This document shows, one piece after another, positions 31,238 through 42,076 of a stretch of DNA of 64,000 nucleotides. The notes under the pieces were generated by a model, which worked only from the letters and a program-made list of their open reading frames with translations, was not told the origin of the DNA and did no database searches. Location of the stretch: contig JBAXKC010000002.1 in assembly GCA_037137535.1 (NCBI GenBank), forward strand, positions 85,186-149,185, in the 5' to 3' direction. The translations under genes and the position numbers were made by a program. Within the stretch, counting starts at the first letter, position 1; each line of letters starts with the position of its first letter. The stretch is from a bacterium. Lineage in GTDB: Bacteria > Cyanobacteriota > Vampirovibrionia > Gastranaerophilales > JBAXKC01.

Positions 31238-31990
31238 TTACTTATAGCTTTTCCAGAACAATAAAGATTTTGTATCTATAGTTTTGCTTAATGAAATTAT
31301 ATAGCCAAGTTTAGCCTTATTTCCATTTGGAATAAGCACCCCACCTTTTAATGTTATTGTTTTTGTAGGCTTGATAATAAGACCTGTAGCTAACAGACCA
31401 TAAGGTTCATTCCGTGAGGTCCAATCTATTACAGCAATTACTTTATCTTTAATTATTGTTTGTTCATAACCCAATAAAACACCTGGGACATTTTGAATAA
31501 ATTTATTACGATTTCTTAAATACATACCTGCTGTTACTTTAGAATTAACATTAGGTATTTGTTGCGAAAAAAGATAATAACTCAAATTTGCGGGAATTTG
31601 ATTATGTTGCAAACTTGGAGTTATTTGTGCACCCAATGCAAATTTTGTATATTTTGTAATGTTAAAACCTGATTTCATTCCTACATTTAAGTCTACTCTT
31701 GAATTTATAGTTCCAAACGTTGTATCTCTTTGATTACCAACAGGCACACCCATATAAAATTCTGAATGATAACCTATTCCTTGAATCAAAGAGGGATTAC
31801 CATTAACAAATTCGGGATATGGAATCCTAAATCTAACGGGAAGTCTTATTGACGTTTTACCGGACTGAAGCACGTCAGTTGAAGGTATATTTAAAATGGC
31901 TTGCTGTGCCTCTACCCTTGTTACAAAGACAAATGAAGCAAGCATAATAAGAAATAAGGACCTGCTTAATATAATTTTTTTAATATTCAT
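31238..31990 (-). CDS. Hypothetical exported protein, possibly an outer-membrane beta-barrel
   Basis: Signal peptide (…VEA|QQ), then amphipathic beta-strand-like segments. Confidence 0.65.
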   Translation of the reverse strand: MNIKKIILSRSLFLIMLASFVFVTRVEAQQAILNIPSTDVLQSGKTSIRLPVRFRIPYPEFVNGNPSLIQGIGYHSEFYMGVPVGNQRDTTFGTINSRVDLNVGMKSGFNITKYTKFALGAQITPSLQHNQIPANLSYYLFSQQIPNVNSKVTAGMYLRNRNKFIQNVPGVLLGYEQTIIKDKVIAVIDWTSRNEPYGLLATGLIIKPTKTITLKGGVLIPNGNKAKLGYIISLSKTIDTKSLLFWKSYK

Positions 31991-32158
31991 TGCTAATACT
32001 CATAGTTATAATATTTTTTCAAATAATTAGAAACTCACCAATTAGCCAACTGGAGAGTTTTTGTTAAACTTTTATTCAACTATTTGGCTATTTGAATTGT
32101 ATTTTTTTGCTATTAATGATATAAAACTTTAAAGACTTATCGTTAAGAGGTATTAATC

Positions 32159-33001
32159 ATGAGAAAATTATTAGTTTTTATATTTATGTTAATGCTGTTT
32201 TCAAATACAGCTTCTGCTAAATCTCTCAAATTTGTTCAAGTAACTGATAACCATTTATCAATAAACAGCTCTGATTATGGAGGTAGAGAGATTTTAAAAT
32301 CTACGCAAATTTTAGAAAATACAGTAAATTCTATTAATCAATTAAAGGATATTGATTTTGTTATATTTTCTGGTGATAACATTGATGTTGCAAATGAAGA
32401 GAATTTAAGAAAATTTTGTGAAATAACACAAAATCTTAATAAACCATATTACATTGGAATAGGGAATCATGATGTTTTTAAAACCAATGGCTTAAGCAAA
32501 GAAAAATATTTTAATATTGTCAAAGAATATAATAAAAATCAAAATAACAAAAAGCCCTATTATTATTTTTGTCCTGACAATAATTTTATAGTAATAGTTA
32601 TGGATGGCGTACATGAAATAATACCAAGTAAACATGGAACATATACCGAAGAAAATTTAGATTGGTTAGATAAAGTGCTAAAAAAGTATAAAAACAAGAC
32701 AGCTGTTATAGTTCAACATTTTCCTATAGTTGAACCATCTGAAAACAAATCTCATAGAACCTTAGATCCTGAAGGTTATTTTAATTTACTTGATCATCAT
32801 AACAACGTAGCTACAATTGTTTCCGGTCATTATCATACAGCTAACGTTATTCAAAAAAATGGAATTTATCACATTAGTAGTCCTGCTTTAGCGGAAAAAC
32901 CACACCAATACAGAATTATAGAAATAAATAATGATAATCGTTCAGCTATTAGGATAGATACAGAGTTAATACCGGTTGAAGTCCCTGAAGATAATAATTA
33001 A
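32159..33001 (+). CDS. Exported calcineurin-like metallophosphoesterase
   Basis: Signal peptide; DxH (TDNH), GDNID, GNHD, GHYH. Confidence 0.92.
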   Translation: MRKLLVFIFMLMLFSNTASAKSLKFVQVTDNHLSINSSDYGGREILKSTQILENTVNSINQLKDIDFVIFSGDNIDVANEENLRKFCEITQNLNKPYYIGIGNHDVFKTNGLSKEKYFNIVKEYNKNQNNKKPYYYFCPDNNFIVIVMDGVHEIIPSKHGTYTEENLDWLDKVLKKYKNKTAVIVQHFPIVEPSENKSHRTLDPEGYFNLLDHHNNVATIVSGHYHTANVIQKNGIYHISSPALAEKPHQYRIIEINNDNRSAIRIDTELIPVEVPEDNN

Positions 33002-33017
33002 AGCTGCTTGTCTTAAT

Positions 33018-33722
33018 TTATGAGTACAGTATAATTTTATCCAAAAAATGAAATAAAAACTTATTCATGGTGCAAAAATCAGATAATTTTATAATTTTTG
33101 CTTCATCTTGAATGTACTTATCAGCAATTAATTCATGCCTGCAATTATTTATTATTTCCAATAAACTTTTTTGATTCATTTCCAAATGAAATTGAAGTCC
33201 AAAAATATTTTTATTACAAAGAAATGCTTGATGTTTACAAGCCTCAGAAGAAGCTAAAAGTTTCGCTACGACAGGCAAGTCAAAAGTATCTCCATGCCAG
33301 TGAATAACATTAATAACATTAATAACATTAGTTAGTTTATCGGCAAAAAACTCATTTTTTAGTGAATAATCACTTAGTGTAACAGGAAAAACGCCAATTT
33401 CTTTGTCTTTATTTTTATAAACATTAGCTTCAAGAACATCAGCAATTAACTGAGCCCCCAAACAAATACCTAATACTTTTTTATTCTGTTCTATTGCAGT
33501 TTTAATAAACTGTTTTTCTTTTTTTAACCATGGGTATAAATTCTCATCATATACCCCCATAGGACCTCCTAATATGATAAGAAAATCATAATCAGAATGT
33601 TCGGGTAAACTTTCATTTTTATAAAGCAATGTCCCCTTTATCTCATAACCGTTATCATCTGCATAATTTATAATGGAAGAAGGGGTTTCAAAGGGGACAT
33701 GTTGTAAATAATGTATTCTCAT
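33018..33722 (-). CDS. Class I glutamine amidotransferase-like protein
   Basis: LQHVPFE, GGPMGVYDE, GICLGAQL, HWHGDTF, QFHLE. Confidence 0.92.
   Translation of the reverse strand: MRIHYLQHVPFETPSSIINYADDNGYEIKGTLLYKNESLPEHSDYDFLIILGGPMGVYDENLYPWLKKEKQFIKTAIEQNKKVLGICLGAQLIADVLEANVYKNKDKEIGVFPVTLSDYSLKNEFFADKLTNVINVINVIHWHGDTFDLPVVAKLLASSEACKHQAFLCNKNIFGLQFHLEMNQKSLLEIINNCRHELIADKYIQDEAKIIKLSDFCTMNKFLFHFLDKIILYS
33304..33330. repeat. 3 x 9-bp tandem repeat inside the amidotransferase gene
   Basis: ATAACATTA x3, encoding NVI-NVI-NVI. Confidence 0.85.
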
Positions 33723-33731
33723 AAGTCCCTT

Positions 33732-34052
33732 TTATAATTTAATTAACATCATTTTAAATTTAGTTTTTGCAAGTAAAGCATGTGGTTCACCAGCTGGCAT
33801 TATTATAACATCACCTTCTTTCAGATCAAATTTTTCACCTGAAATTGTTATTTCAACTTCACCTTTAATGGCTTGAACAATTGCATCAACAGGCGCAGAG
33901 TGCCCTGCTATTTCTTCACCTTCATCAAAAGCAAACAGAGTAACAGAATTATTGCCTTTGCTTATAATAGTTTGGCTTACTATTGCATTTTGTTGATAAT
34001 CAATACTATTTTCAAGGCTAATGACTTGTTTTAAAAAATTACTTTTTTTCAT
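33732..34052 (-). CDS. Cupin-domain protein
   Basis: VTLFAFDEGEEIAGHSAP…IIMPAGEPHAL. Confidence 0.9.
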   Translation of the reverse strand: MKKSNFLKQVISLENSIDYQQNAIVSQTIISKGNNSVTLFAFDEGEEIAGHSAPVDAIVQAIKGEVEITISGEKFDLKEGDVIIMPAGEPHALLAKTKFKMMLIKL

Positions 34053-34083
34053 AATAAATTCTCCTATTTATGACAAAGTTATT

Positions 34084-34119
34084 AAAAAAACAGGTCTGCA
34101 GCAACTTGTACAGACCTGT
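34084..34119 (-). terminator. Intrinsic terminator after hcp
   Basis: Minus strand ACAGGTCTG…CAGACCTGT followed by a T run. Confidence 0.7.
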
Positions 34120-34125
34120 CATAAA

Positions 34126-35766
34126 TCATTTCAGAATTGTGTCTAAATCAGCTTCAGCTGTAGTCGTAGGCATTATATTAAAGTTTTCGACTAAAACCTT
34201 AAGAACCGCAGGAGTTACAAAAGCCGGTAATGTTGGTCCTAACCTAATATTTTTAATTCCTAAATATAAAAGACTAAGTAATATAGCAACAGCTTTTTGT
34301 TCATACCAAGAAAGAATCATTGACAATGGTAAGCTATTTACATCAGTTTTAAATGCATTTGCAAGTGCAACAGCAATTTGTACAGCTGAATACGCATCAT
34401 TACATTGACCAATATCTAATAATCTTGGAATACCTTCAATATCGCCAAATTCTAATTTATTAAATCTGAATTTGCCACAGGCAAGAGTCAAAATAACTGT
34501 ATCATCAGGAGCTTTTTGCGCAAAATCGGTATAGTAATTTCTACCTGATTTAGCTCCGTCACATCCGCCAACTAAGAAGAAATGCTTGATTTTACCTGTT
34601 TTGACTGCATCAATTACTTTATCTGCAACATTTAAAACAGCGTTTCTAGCAAAACCTATTGTTATAAATTTTTCTTCAGCATCCTCTTCAAAACCTTTAG
34701 CTTCAAAAGCCGAATCAATTACAGGCTGAAAGTTTTGGTTAGAAATATGCATAACACCAGGCCATTGAACCAAACCACTTGTAAAAATTCTACCTATATA
34801 TTTTTTGGGCTCTTGAATACAATTAGTGGTCATAAGAATCGCACCAGGAAATTCTGCAAATTCCTTCTGTTGATCCTGCCATGCTCCTCCGTAATTTCCT
34901 ACTAAATGTTTATATTTTTTCAACTCAGGATAGGCGCAACAAGGTAACATTTCACCGTGTGTATATATATTTATTCCTTTTCCTTCTGTTTGCTTTAAAA
35001 GAGCGTCCAAATCTTTAAGATCATGTCCTGACACAAGAATTGCCTTGCCTTTAATTGGAGTAATTCTTACTTTTGTCGGTTCAGGATGACCGTAAGTTTG
35101 AGTATTTGCTTTATCGAGTAATTCCATAGTTTTTAAATTAACTTCACCACATTTAAGATTTGTGGCTACTAATTTATTTATATCTGACTCTCCTTCAGCT
35201 AATAAATTTAAAGCACTTTCAAAAAACTCATAAATTTCAGGATTTTCATAACCTAAGACTCTTGCGTGGTCAGCGTAAGCAGCAGCACCTTTAATTCCAT
35301 AAGTTAAAAGTTCCTGTAATCCTGTAACATCTTCACCAAATTTTTCTTTTCTTTTTATTATTGAAGCCTCTTCAGCTTGAATAATCTGCTCTTCTAATGT
35401 TGATGCAGGTACAAAATTAACAACATCAGGCAAGTCAGCTTCTTCTTTTGAGTTAAAAGCTTCAAGATATAAGGCTTTGGCTATTTCTTTAATTTCAGCA
35501 GATTTTGTAATTATTTCAGATATATTTTGCGGATCAAAATTCACATTAGTAACAGTAGTAAACAACCCTTCAACAATAAATCTGTCAACTTCATTAGAAG
35601 TTAAGCCAGCTTTTCTCGCTCTTGAGCCATAAACTGAAATTACTTTTAAAGATTTGATTAATAAATCTTGTAACTTTGCAACTTCAGGTGTTTTGCCACA
35701 AACACCCTGTACAGAGCATCCTTGACCTTTAGCTGTTTGCTCACATTGATAACAGAACATACTCAT
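34126..35766 (-). CDS. hcp: Hybrid cluster protein (hydroxylamine/NO reductase)
   Basis: MFCYQCEQT…GC…GVCGK, SGHDL, THGEMLP, GGCDG, GQCNDAY, SWYEQKA. Confidence 0.98.
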   Translation of the reverse strand: MSMFCYQCEQTAKGQGCSVQGVCGKTPEVAKLQDLLIKSLKVISVYGSRARKAGLTSNEVDRFIVEGLFTTVTNVNFDPQNISEIITKSAEIKEIAKALYLEAFNSKEEADLPDVVNFVPASTLEEQIIQAEEASIIKRKEKFGEDVTGLQELLTYGIKGAAAYADHARVLGYENPEIYEFFESALNLLAEGESDINKLVATNLKCGEVNLKTMELLDKANTQTYGHPEPTKVRITPIKGKAILVSGHDLKDLDALLKQTEGKGINIYTHGEMLPCCAYPELKKYKHLVGNYGGAWQDQQKEFAEFPGAILMTTNCIQEPKKYIGRIFTSGLVQWPGVMHISNQNFQPVIDSAFEAKGFEEDAEEKFITIGFARNAVLNVADKVIDAVKTGKIKHFFLVGGCDGAKSGRNYYTDFAQKAPDDTVILTLACGKFRFNKLEFGDIEGIPRLLDIGQCNDAYSAVQIAVALANAFKTDVNSLPLSMILSWYEQKAVAILLSLLYLGIKNIRLGPTLPAFVTPAVLKVLVENFNIMPTTTAEADLDTILK

Positions 35767-35840
35767 ATTTGTTTCTCCTTTTCTTTCTTTTGAAAATATG
35801 TTAGTTAGTGTTAATTAACAATAATTTCAAAAAAATTTTA

Positions 35841-36245
35841 CTACTTTATATATATATCAAATGTTTTAGTCTTCATGTATTCCACCATATTTTTATTCAC
35901 ATCTTCCAATATGTGACCAAACATACATGTTCCCTCAACACATACCGGTTGGTCAAGTAGACATGAGTGGAAATCTATTTTACCGTCAAAGTACTCATAA
36001 ATTTCTAATAGTGTAATAGATGATGGAGGTTTACTTAATTTAAAACCGCCTTTAGCCCCTCTAATCGATGAAACCAGCCCCAATTTAACAAGTCTTTGAA
36101 GCACCTTTGCAAGGTGATTATCAGACACTTTCATTATATCGGCTAATTCTTTATTTGATAGTAATCTATCTTGATTTCTAGCCAATAAATATATAGTGTG
36201 AATAGCAATTGTAGCCGCTTCTGAAATTTTTATTATTGGAGCCAT
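35841..36245 (-). CDS. Rrf2-family transcriptional regulator (three C-terminal Cys)
   Basis: HLAKVLQRL, SIRGAKGGF, ITLLEIYE, C-x6-C-x4-C. Confidence 0.93.
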   Translation of the reverse strand: MAPIIKISEAATIAIHTIYLLARNQDRLLSNKELADIMKVSDNHLAKVLQRLVKLGLVSSIRGAKGGFKLSKPPSSITLLEIYEYFDGKIDFHSCLLDQPVCVEGTCMFGHILEDVNKNMVEYMKTKTFDIYIK

Positions 36246-36389
36246 AATTATTTAAACCTTAAATTTTATATTCTTATAATAGCATAATAATCTAGCAACA
36301 CAACACCACTATACCTATTTAATTTACAAAAGTTAGCAAAGACTAACATCATGAAAATGTTTCATACGTTAAGAAGTATAATAATAAAT

Positions 36390-37211
36390 TTATGAATTGC
36401 CTTGAAGAACATTTAATAACAATTCTTTAAGATCATCTTGTATTTTTGATTGAGAAACAGGCTTTGTTTTTGCTGTAATTTTAATATTTACGTCAGAATA
36501 TTCAATGTTTTCTATACTTGCTTCGCTCATAGGTTCAATTAAAATATCTTGATTTTTTTCTGAATAAAGATTAATTTCTTTGTTTAATAGATTAATCACT
36601 CTTTTATATTCACTTACAGGAATATTAATTGATATACTTGCATTTGACCAGTCTTTTGTTTTAACGGTAACCTGCTTAATTTCACCATTTGGAATTATAT
36701 GGACACTTCCATCGCCATCTCTAATAATTGTAGTTCTAATATTTATATCTTCAACCGTCCCGTTATAACTGCCAATATTAACAGTATCACCAATTCCATA
36801 CTGGTCTTCGTATAATATAAACACACCGTTCACAAGATCTTTTACTATATTTTGAACGCCTAAACCAACTGCTAAACCCATAATCCCAGCACCAGCTATT
36901 ATTGGGGCGATATTAATACCAATTTCACCTAATAATAAAGCAATAGTCATTAATGTTATTAAAAATATCAATACATTATTAGTTACATTTTTAATGGTAT
37001 TAATACGCAATTTAATACGCTCATTTTTAATAACCGTTTTTTTCTCTATAAGAGAAGAAATTTTCTCCGTAAAAAATGTGGTTAATTTAGAAATTAAAAC
37101 AGCTGTTAATAGAATAAATCCTATTTTTAAACTATTAGGGAGTATAGAAGCCACATGAACAGACTTAATAAAATGGAATGTTTTATTAATATATGTATGA
37201 GTATTTAACAT
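36390..37211 (-). CDS. MscS-family mechanosensitive channel
   Basis: AGAGIMGLAVGLGVQNIVKD, GDTV, GTVEDINIRTT, IPNG. Confidence 0.93.
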   Translation of the reverse strand: MLNTHTYINKTFHFIKSVHVASILPNSLKIGFILLTAVLISKLTTFFTEKISSLIEKKTVIKNERIKLRINTIKNVTNNVLIFLITLMTIALLLGEIGINIAPIIAGAGIMGLAVGLGVQNIVKDLVNGVFILYEDQYGIGDTVNIGSYNGTVEDINIRTTIIRDGDGSVHIIPNGEIKQVTVKTKDWSNASISINIPVSEYKRVINLLNKEINLYSEKNQDILIEPMSEASIENIEYSDVNIKITAKTKPVSQSKIQDDLKELLLNVLQGNS

Positions 37212-37304
37212 TTTCGTTACCTACATAATTTCTAAACAAAAGCTATTATAACTTTATTTTATTGTCATAATAGCTTATTGTATTTTACTTAATTAATTAT
37301 AAGT

Positions 37305-37817
37305 TTAATTGTTTTTAGCATTGAATTTTTTATGAGCAGGCTTAATAAAAACTCTTTCTAATTTTCTTAAAAGTTGTATGAATTTAGATTCATCATTTTT
37401 AATTAAAGGATCAACTAAAATCGTTGTCATACCAAGTTTTTGACCAACCCAAATATCAGTAAGAGGTCTATCACCAATCATAGCAGTTTCAGAAGGTAAC
37501 AATTCAAGTTCTTTTAAAAGTTTAATTGCCGTTTTACGTCTAGGCTTATCAGCTTTTGCATAACCCACACAATTTATTAATTTAACAGCTTCTTCTACAT
37601 ATTCCTCATGAGGATTATTACTTAAAACTGCAATTTTAAAATCTTCTCTAACTTCTTCAAGCCAGAGCTTTATATCTTCTCTTAATTTTCCGCTGTGAGG
37701 TTCCATTAATGTATTATCGAGATCAAAAATTAATCCCTTTATTCCCTCATCTTTTAAATCGTTAAGATCCATTTCGATTACATTATCAATAATATAAGTA
37801 GGTTTAAGCCTTAACAT
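37305..37817 (-). CDS. YqeG-family HAD-IIIA phosphatase
   Basis: FDLDNTL, SNN, KP, IGDRPLTDI. Confidence 0.92.
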   Translation of the reverse strand: MLRLKPTYIIDNVIEMDLNDLKDEGIKGLIFDLDNTLMEPHSGKLREDIKLWLEEVREDFKIAVLSNNPHEEYVEEAVKLINCVGYAKADKPRRKTAIKLLKELELLPSETAMIGDRPLTDIWVGQKLGMTTILVDPLIKNDESKFIQLLRKLERVFIKPAHKKFNAKNN

Positions 37818-39063
37818 TAACTTTTTCCTTACGTCTTAGTATCGTCCATTGCCAATTTTCTATAGGATTGCCTTCATACTCTAATATGGCTATATCATTT
37901 GTATCTGCAACATTACTGTCAACAATTGAGCCATCAGAAAGCATCTTTTTTATAGTTTTTATAGTTGCACTATATTCAGAATCAGGTGTAATCCAATCAA
38001 TTATTTCGCCTACTTTAAACTGATTTTTTGCAGTTATTTTATAGGTATTATCACTTAATTTTTCAGTAACTGTACCAACAAATGTTGATAATAGCTGACT
38101 AGCATTTGTATTATATGCATAATGTGAATGATCTGGTTTTTCCATTAAAAAGCCTGTGGTAAAACCTCTATTACCTACTTGCGAAAGATCATCCAATAAT
38201 TTATTTGTATCTATAGCCTTATTTTCATAATATGCATCTATCGCTTCTCTATAAGATTTAGCTACCATTGAAGCATAATACATACTTTTTGTTCTTCCTT
38301 CAACTTTAAGAGAATGAACTCCTGCATTTATAAGCTGAGGGATATATTCAACAAGCGCAAGGTCTTTAGGATTAAGTAAATATGTACCTTTACCTTCGTC
38401 TTCACCTATTTCAAAATATTGACCGGGGCGTCTTTCTTCAACAATATTATATTTCCAGCGGCATGACTGTGTGCAGTTGCCTTGATTGGATTTACGTTTA
38501 TTTTCTGTCATGTAATCACTAATTAAGCATCTGCCGGAATAAGCGACACAAAGAGAACCATGAATTAAGACTTCTAGCTCAATATCAGAAACTTTTTGTG
38601 CAATTTTTTCTATATCTTGTAAAGATAATTCTCTAGCTAAAATTACTCTTTCAGCGCCGAGATCTCTCCAAAAAGAAACAGCTTCATAGTTTAAAATATT
38701 AGCTTGAGTGCTTATGTGCATAGGAATATTTGGGCAATATTTTTTTATTAACGGATAGATTCCTGAATCGCCGAAAATTATGCCATCAGGTTTTACATCG
38801 GCTAATTCTTCAAGAAATTGCGGTAATTGCTCTATATCGTCATTATGTGCAAATATATTTGCAGTTACGTAGGCTTTTACGTTTTTATCATGAGCAATTT
38901 TTACAGCTTCCGCAATATTCTGACGAGTTATAAGATTCCCCGATTTTACAGTTCTTAAACTATAGTCGACAATTCCAAGATAGATAGCATCAGCTCCGTA
39001 GGAAATTGCATATTGCATTTTTTCAATATTGCCTGCGGGCATTAAAAGCTCTATGCGATCCAT
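37804..39063 (-). CDS. Peptidase U32 family Fe-S protein (TrhP/YegQ-like tRNA hydroxylation)
   Basis: ELLMPAG, HISTQAN, ILARELS, C-x6-C…C-x3-C (CVAYSGRC…CTQSCR), SLKVEGRTKS; ATG 39063 after GAGG. Confidence 0.9.
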   Translation of the reverse strand: MDRIELLMPAGNIEKMQYAISYGADAIYLGIVDYSLRTVKSGNLITRQNIAEAVKIAHDKNVKAYVTANIFAHNDDIEQLPQFLEELADVKPDGIIFGDSGIYPLIKKYCPNIPMHISTQANILNYEAVSFWRDLGAERVILARELSLQDIEKIAQKVSDIELEVLIHGSLCVAYSGRCLISDYMTENKRKSNQGNCTQSCRWKYNIVEERRPGQYFEIGEDEGKGTYLLNPKDLALVEYIPQLINAGVHSLKVEGRTKSMYYASMVAKSYREAIDAYYENKAIDTNKLLDDLSQVGNRGFTTGFLMEKPDHSHYAYNTNASQLLSTFVGTVTEKLSDNTYKITAKNQFKVGEIIDWITPDSEYSATIKTIKKMLSDGSIVDSNVADTNDIAILEYEGNPIENWQWTILRRKEKVNVKA

Positions 39064-39183
39064 TGATTCACCTCTCTGATTAATAAAAATGATAATCATT
39101 ACTTAATAATGATTTGTTTAAGTATAACAAAAAATTTATTTTATTCCTAAAAAGCAAGAACGCTTTTAACATAAACTTAACAC

Positions 39184-39217
39184 AAAAAATGAGAGACTTT
39201 TATAAGCCTCTCATTTT
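39184..39217 (-). terminator. Intrinsic terminator after the HEAT-repeat gene
   Basis: Minus strand AAAATGAGAGGCTT-ataa-AAGTCTCTCATTTTTT. Confidence 0.75.
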
Positions 39218-39234
39218 ATATTTGTTTATAAAGA

Positions 39235-40092
39235 TTATTTTGCTGAAGCAGCTAATTTTTTGTTGGTAGCTCCAGGCACATTTTGCCAGTTAGCAGCCAT
39301 AATCTTTTTAAATGCTTTTAAAGCGGTATCTTCAAGCTCACCAAGCTCTTCAGCATTCATAATTAATTCTCTTAGTGGAAGAAGTGCTCTTTGATCTCTA
39401 AGTACGCCAAGTGCAGCAGCAGCTCCAGCTCTTACAAGTTCATTTTCAGCTGTGTTTTTAAGAACATCGATTAAAGCAGGTACTGCTAATTGATCACCAA
39501 GTTTACCAAGTGATGTAACAGCATAAATTCTTACGTTTACCCATTCATCTGTAAGCATTTCAATAATTGGCTCAACAGCATTAATATCGCCTAATTCGCC
39601 TAATGCTCTGGTTGCATCGCATCTTACGTTAACTTTTTCATGTTTTAGAGAAGAAATTAGAGCATGAACAGCAATTGGTCCGATTTCGATTAGCGCATCG
39701 GTTGCAGTAATGCAAACTTGGCTATTTTCATCACTTAACGCTTCAACAAGTGGTTCAACTACTTCTTCGCCGCCTAGACGTCCAAGAGCTCTTGCTGCTC
39801 TTACTCTAACGTCTACGTTTCTATCTTCTCTTAAAGACTTGATAAGTGGCATTGTAGCTGCTATATCACCAAGCTCGCCAAGCGCTCTAGCTGCATATAA
39901 TCTTACTGAACCGTTTTTATCATTTTCAAGAACGTCAATAAGAGTATCTACAGCTCTGGAATCGCCCATTTCGCCCAGCATTCTTGCTGCGTTATAACGA
40001 ACTTTCTCAGAATTACTATTTCTTAGATCGTGGATTAATTCATCAAATGTTTTTTCAGTGCGTTTTTTTCTAGCATTAACTTTTATGCTCAT
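39235..40092 (-). CDS. HEAT-repeat (PBS lyase HEAT-like) protein
   Basis: About 7 repeats of VRxxAAxALGxLGDxxAVxxLI; GGAGG RBS. Confidence 0.9.
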   Translation of the reverse strand: MSIKVNARKKRTEKTFDELIHDLRNSNSEKVRYNAARMLGEMGDSRAVDTLIDVLENDKNGSVRLYAARALGELGDIAATMPLIKSLREDRNVDVRVRAARALGRLGGEEVVEPLVEALSDENSQVCITATDALIEIGPIAVHALISSLKHEKVNVRCDATRALGELGDINAVEPIIEMLTDEWVNVRIYAVTSLGKLGDQLAVPALIDVLKNTAENELVRAGAAAALGVLRDQRALLPLRELIMNAEELGELEDTALKAFKKIMAANWQNVPGATNKKLAASAK

Positions 40093-40453
40093 TTGTTTCC
40101 TCCAACGTTAACTTATTATCGATTCTTTTCGTTCTCTTAAATTTGTCTCTTACTTAATCAAAAACATTTGAGTTAAGAAGATTGCTAAATTCATCAGTAT
40201 TATAAATTTAGATTAAGAGTTTTGTATACTATATATATACGGAGTGTAGCTTCTTTGCAAATTTGTTTTTTTATCTTTATTAAATGTATGCTAAACACTT
40301 AAATATATTTATACATCATAACATATTTTCAAGGGCAGTGGTTAGTTTGTTTACATTATTTCACCAGCTTTTAGTTGTTTGTTTTATTAATATATAATCT
40401 GATTTCGATTTAACGAAAGAAAAGCCATGTGTTTAATTTTTAAGAAATTGTAA

Positions 40454-42076
40454 CTAAACCAGTGGAAGCACTAATACGAAAGTTGTACCTTCCCCGATTT
40501 GACTATTAACAATAATACGTCCATTATGCTTTTCTATAATCTGATAGCAGATAGATAAACCTAAACCTGTTCCTACTCCAATGCCCTTGGTTGTATACCC
40601 TGGGTCAAATACTTTTGCTAAATTCTCAGATTTAATACCTATTCCTGTATCTTTAAAAGATATTAAAACATTATTATCTTTTATTTCAGTTTTAATAGTT
40701 ATAGTTCCTTTATCTTTAATGCTTTGTATTGCATTAACAATTAAATTCATAAATACCTGATTGAGTAAATTCGGATAACATAATACTAGCGGTATCTCTG
40801 CAAATTCAAGCTCAATATTTATTTTATTGTGCAATTCATGCTTAATTAACAAAATTGTATTATTTATTCCTTCATGCAAATCAGCTTTTTTATGCTCTGA
40901 TTCATCAAGCCTTGCGAAGTTTTTCAATGATTTAACAATTTCCGTTATACGGGAGATAGCTTCTTCATTAATACTCAAAGTATCTTTGATAATTTTAAGA
41001 TACATTTCTGATTTCGAGTTTATTTCTTGACTTGCGCAAAACTTATCTATTGCTTTAGAAAATATCGAATTATTATTATTTATTGCACCTAAAGGAGTAT
41101 TTATTTCATGAGCAACACCTGCTACAAGTTGCCCCAATGAAGCCATTTTTTCAGACTGAATAAGTTTAACCTCAGTTTCTTTTAACTCCTTTAACGTAAT
41201 TGTTAATTCATTATTTTTTTGCTCAATCTTATTAAATAATTCCGCTTGAGATAAAGCTGAAGAAATTTGTGCTGAAATTGTTTCAACAAGTGTAATTTCT
41301 TCTTTCTGAAAGGTTTCTTTTTTAGCAAATAAAAAATAACCAAAAATATTTTTATTATTTTGAACAGGAATAATAATTTCATTAATGCCATTATTTATAT
41401 TAATAATTTTAGACTGATTATTAAGGCTTAATTGAGGTAAGCTGTTAAGTTTTAAATCTAATTCTATAAGTTTACTTACCGTTATTTTATTATCCTTATC
41501 AGATAGGATAAACGCCCCATAACCTGCTCCAAGTAAATTTGTTATACTATTTAATGCTTTTTCAAGAATTTCATCATTATTAAGACTGTCTTTTATTTCT
41601 ATTGCAATACTGTTAATTAAAGCATTTCTTAATGCTAAACTATGAGCCTTGAGTCTATACTTTTCATTTGCCTTTAATTCAGATTCAAGCTTAATAAGTT
41701 GCTCTTTTATAGTTTCTATATTTTCTTCACATTTTAAAGAAAATGAACAATAATTATTTTCTTTCCAGGAACTAAGAATGAATTTTTTAAATTTAGAAAT
41801 AGAAATCTGATATAAAACTTCCATTTTTATTGGTAAACTAGACTTAAGTGCTTGTTTTACAGGGTTAAACTCAAAATAACTATCATTATTTATAATACAG
41901 AAATCAAAATTAAATAAATGCTCAAGTTCAGATAGATTTTTGGGATTACCTAATAATAATTTAGCTTTATTATTCAGAAAGCAGATATCACCTTTATCAT
42001 CAGAAGTAAAGAACATATCTGATGAATTAAGAATAAAATTCTCTAAAGTTTTGTTTCCAAGCATTTTTAAACTCAT
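40454..42076 (-). CDS. Cytoplasmic sensor histidine kinase (PAS-like + GAF + HisKA + HATPase)
   Basis: EKMASLGQLVAGVAHEINTP, NQVFMNLIVNA, DTGIGI, GTGLGLSI; no TM segments. Confidence 0.93.
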   Translation of the reverse strand: MSLKMLGNKTLENFILNSSDMFFTSDDKGDICFLNNKAKLLLGNPKNLSELEHLFNFDFCIINNDSYFEFNPVKQALKSSLPIKMEVLYQISISKFKKFILSSWKENNYCSFSLKCEENIETIKEQLIKLESELKANEKYRLKAHSLALRNALINSIAIEIKDSLNNDEILEKALNSITNLLGAGYGAFILSDKDNKITVSKLIELDLKLNSLPQLSLNNQSKIININNGINEIIIPVQNNKNIFGYFLFAKKETFQKEEITLVETISAQISSALSQAELFNKIEQKNNELTITLKELKETEVKLIQSEKMASLGQLVAGVAHEINTPLGAINNNNSIFSKAIDKFCASQEINSKSEMYLKIIKDTLSINEEAISRITEIVKSLKNFARLDESEHKKADLHEGINNTILLIKHELHNKINIELEFAEIPLVLCYPNLLNQVFMNLIVNAIQSIKDKGTITIKTEIKDNNVLISFKDTGIGIKSENLAKVFDPGYTTKGIGVGTGLGLSICYQIIEKHNGRIIVNSQIGEGTTFVLVLPLV

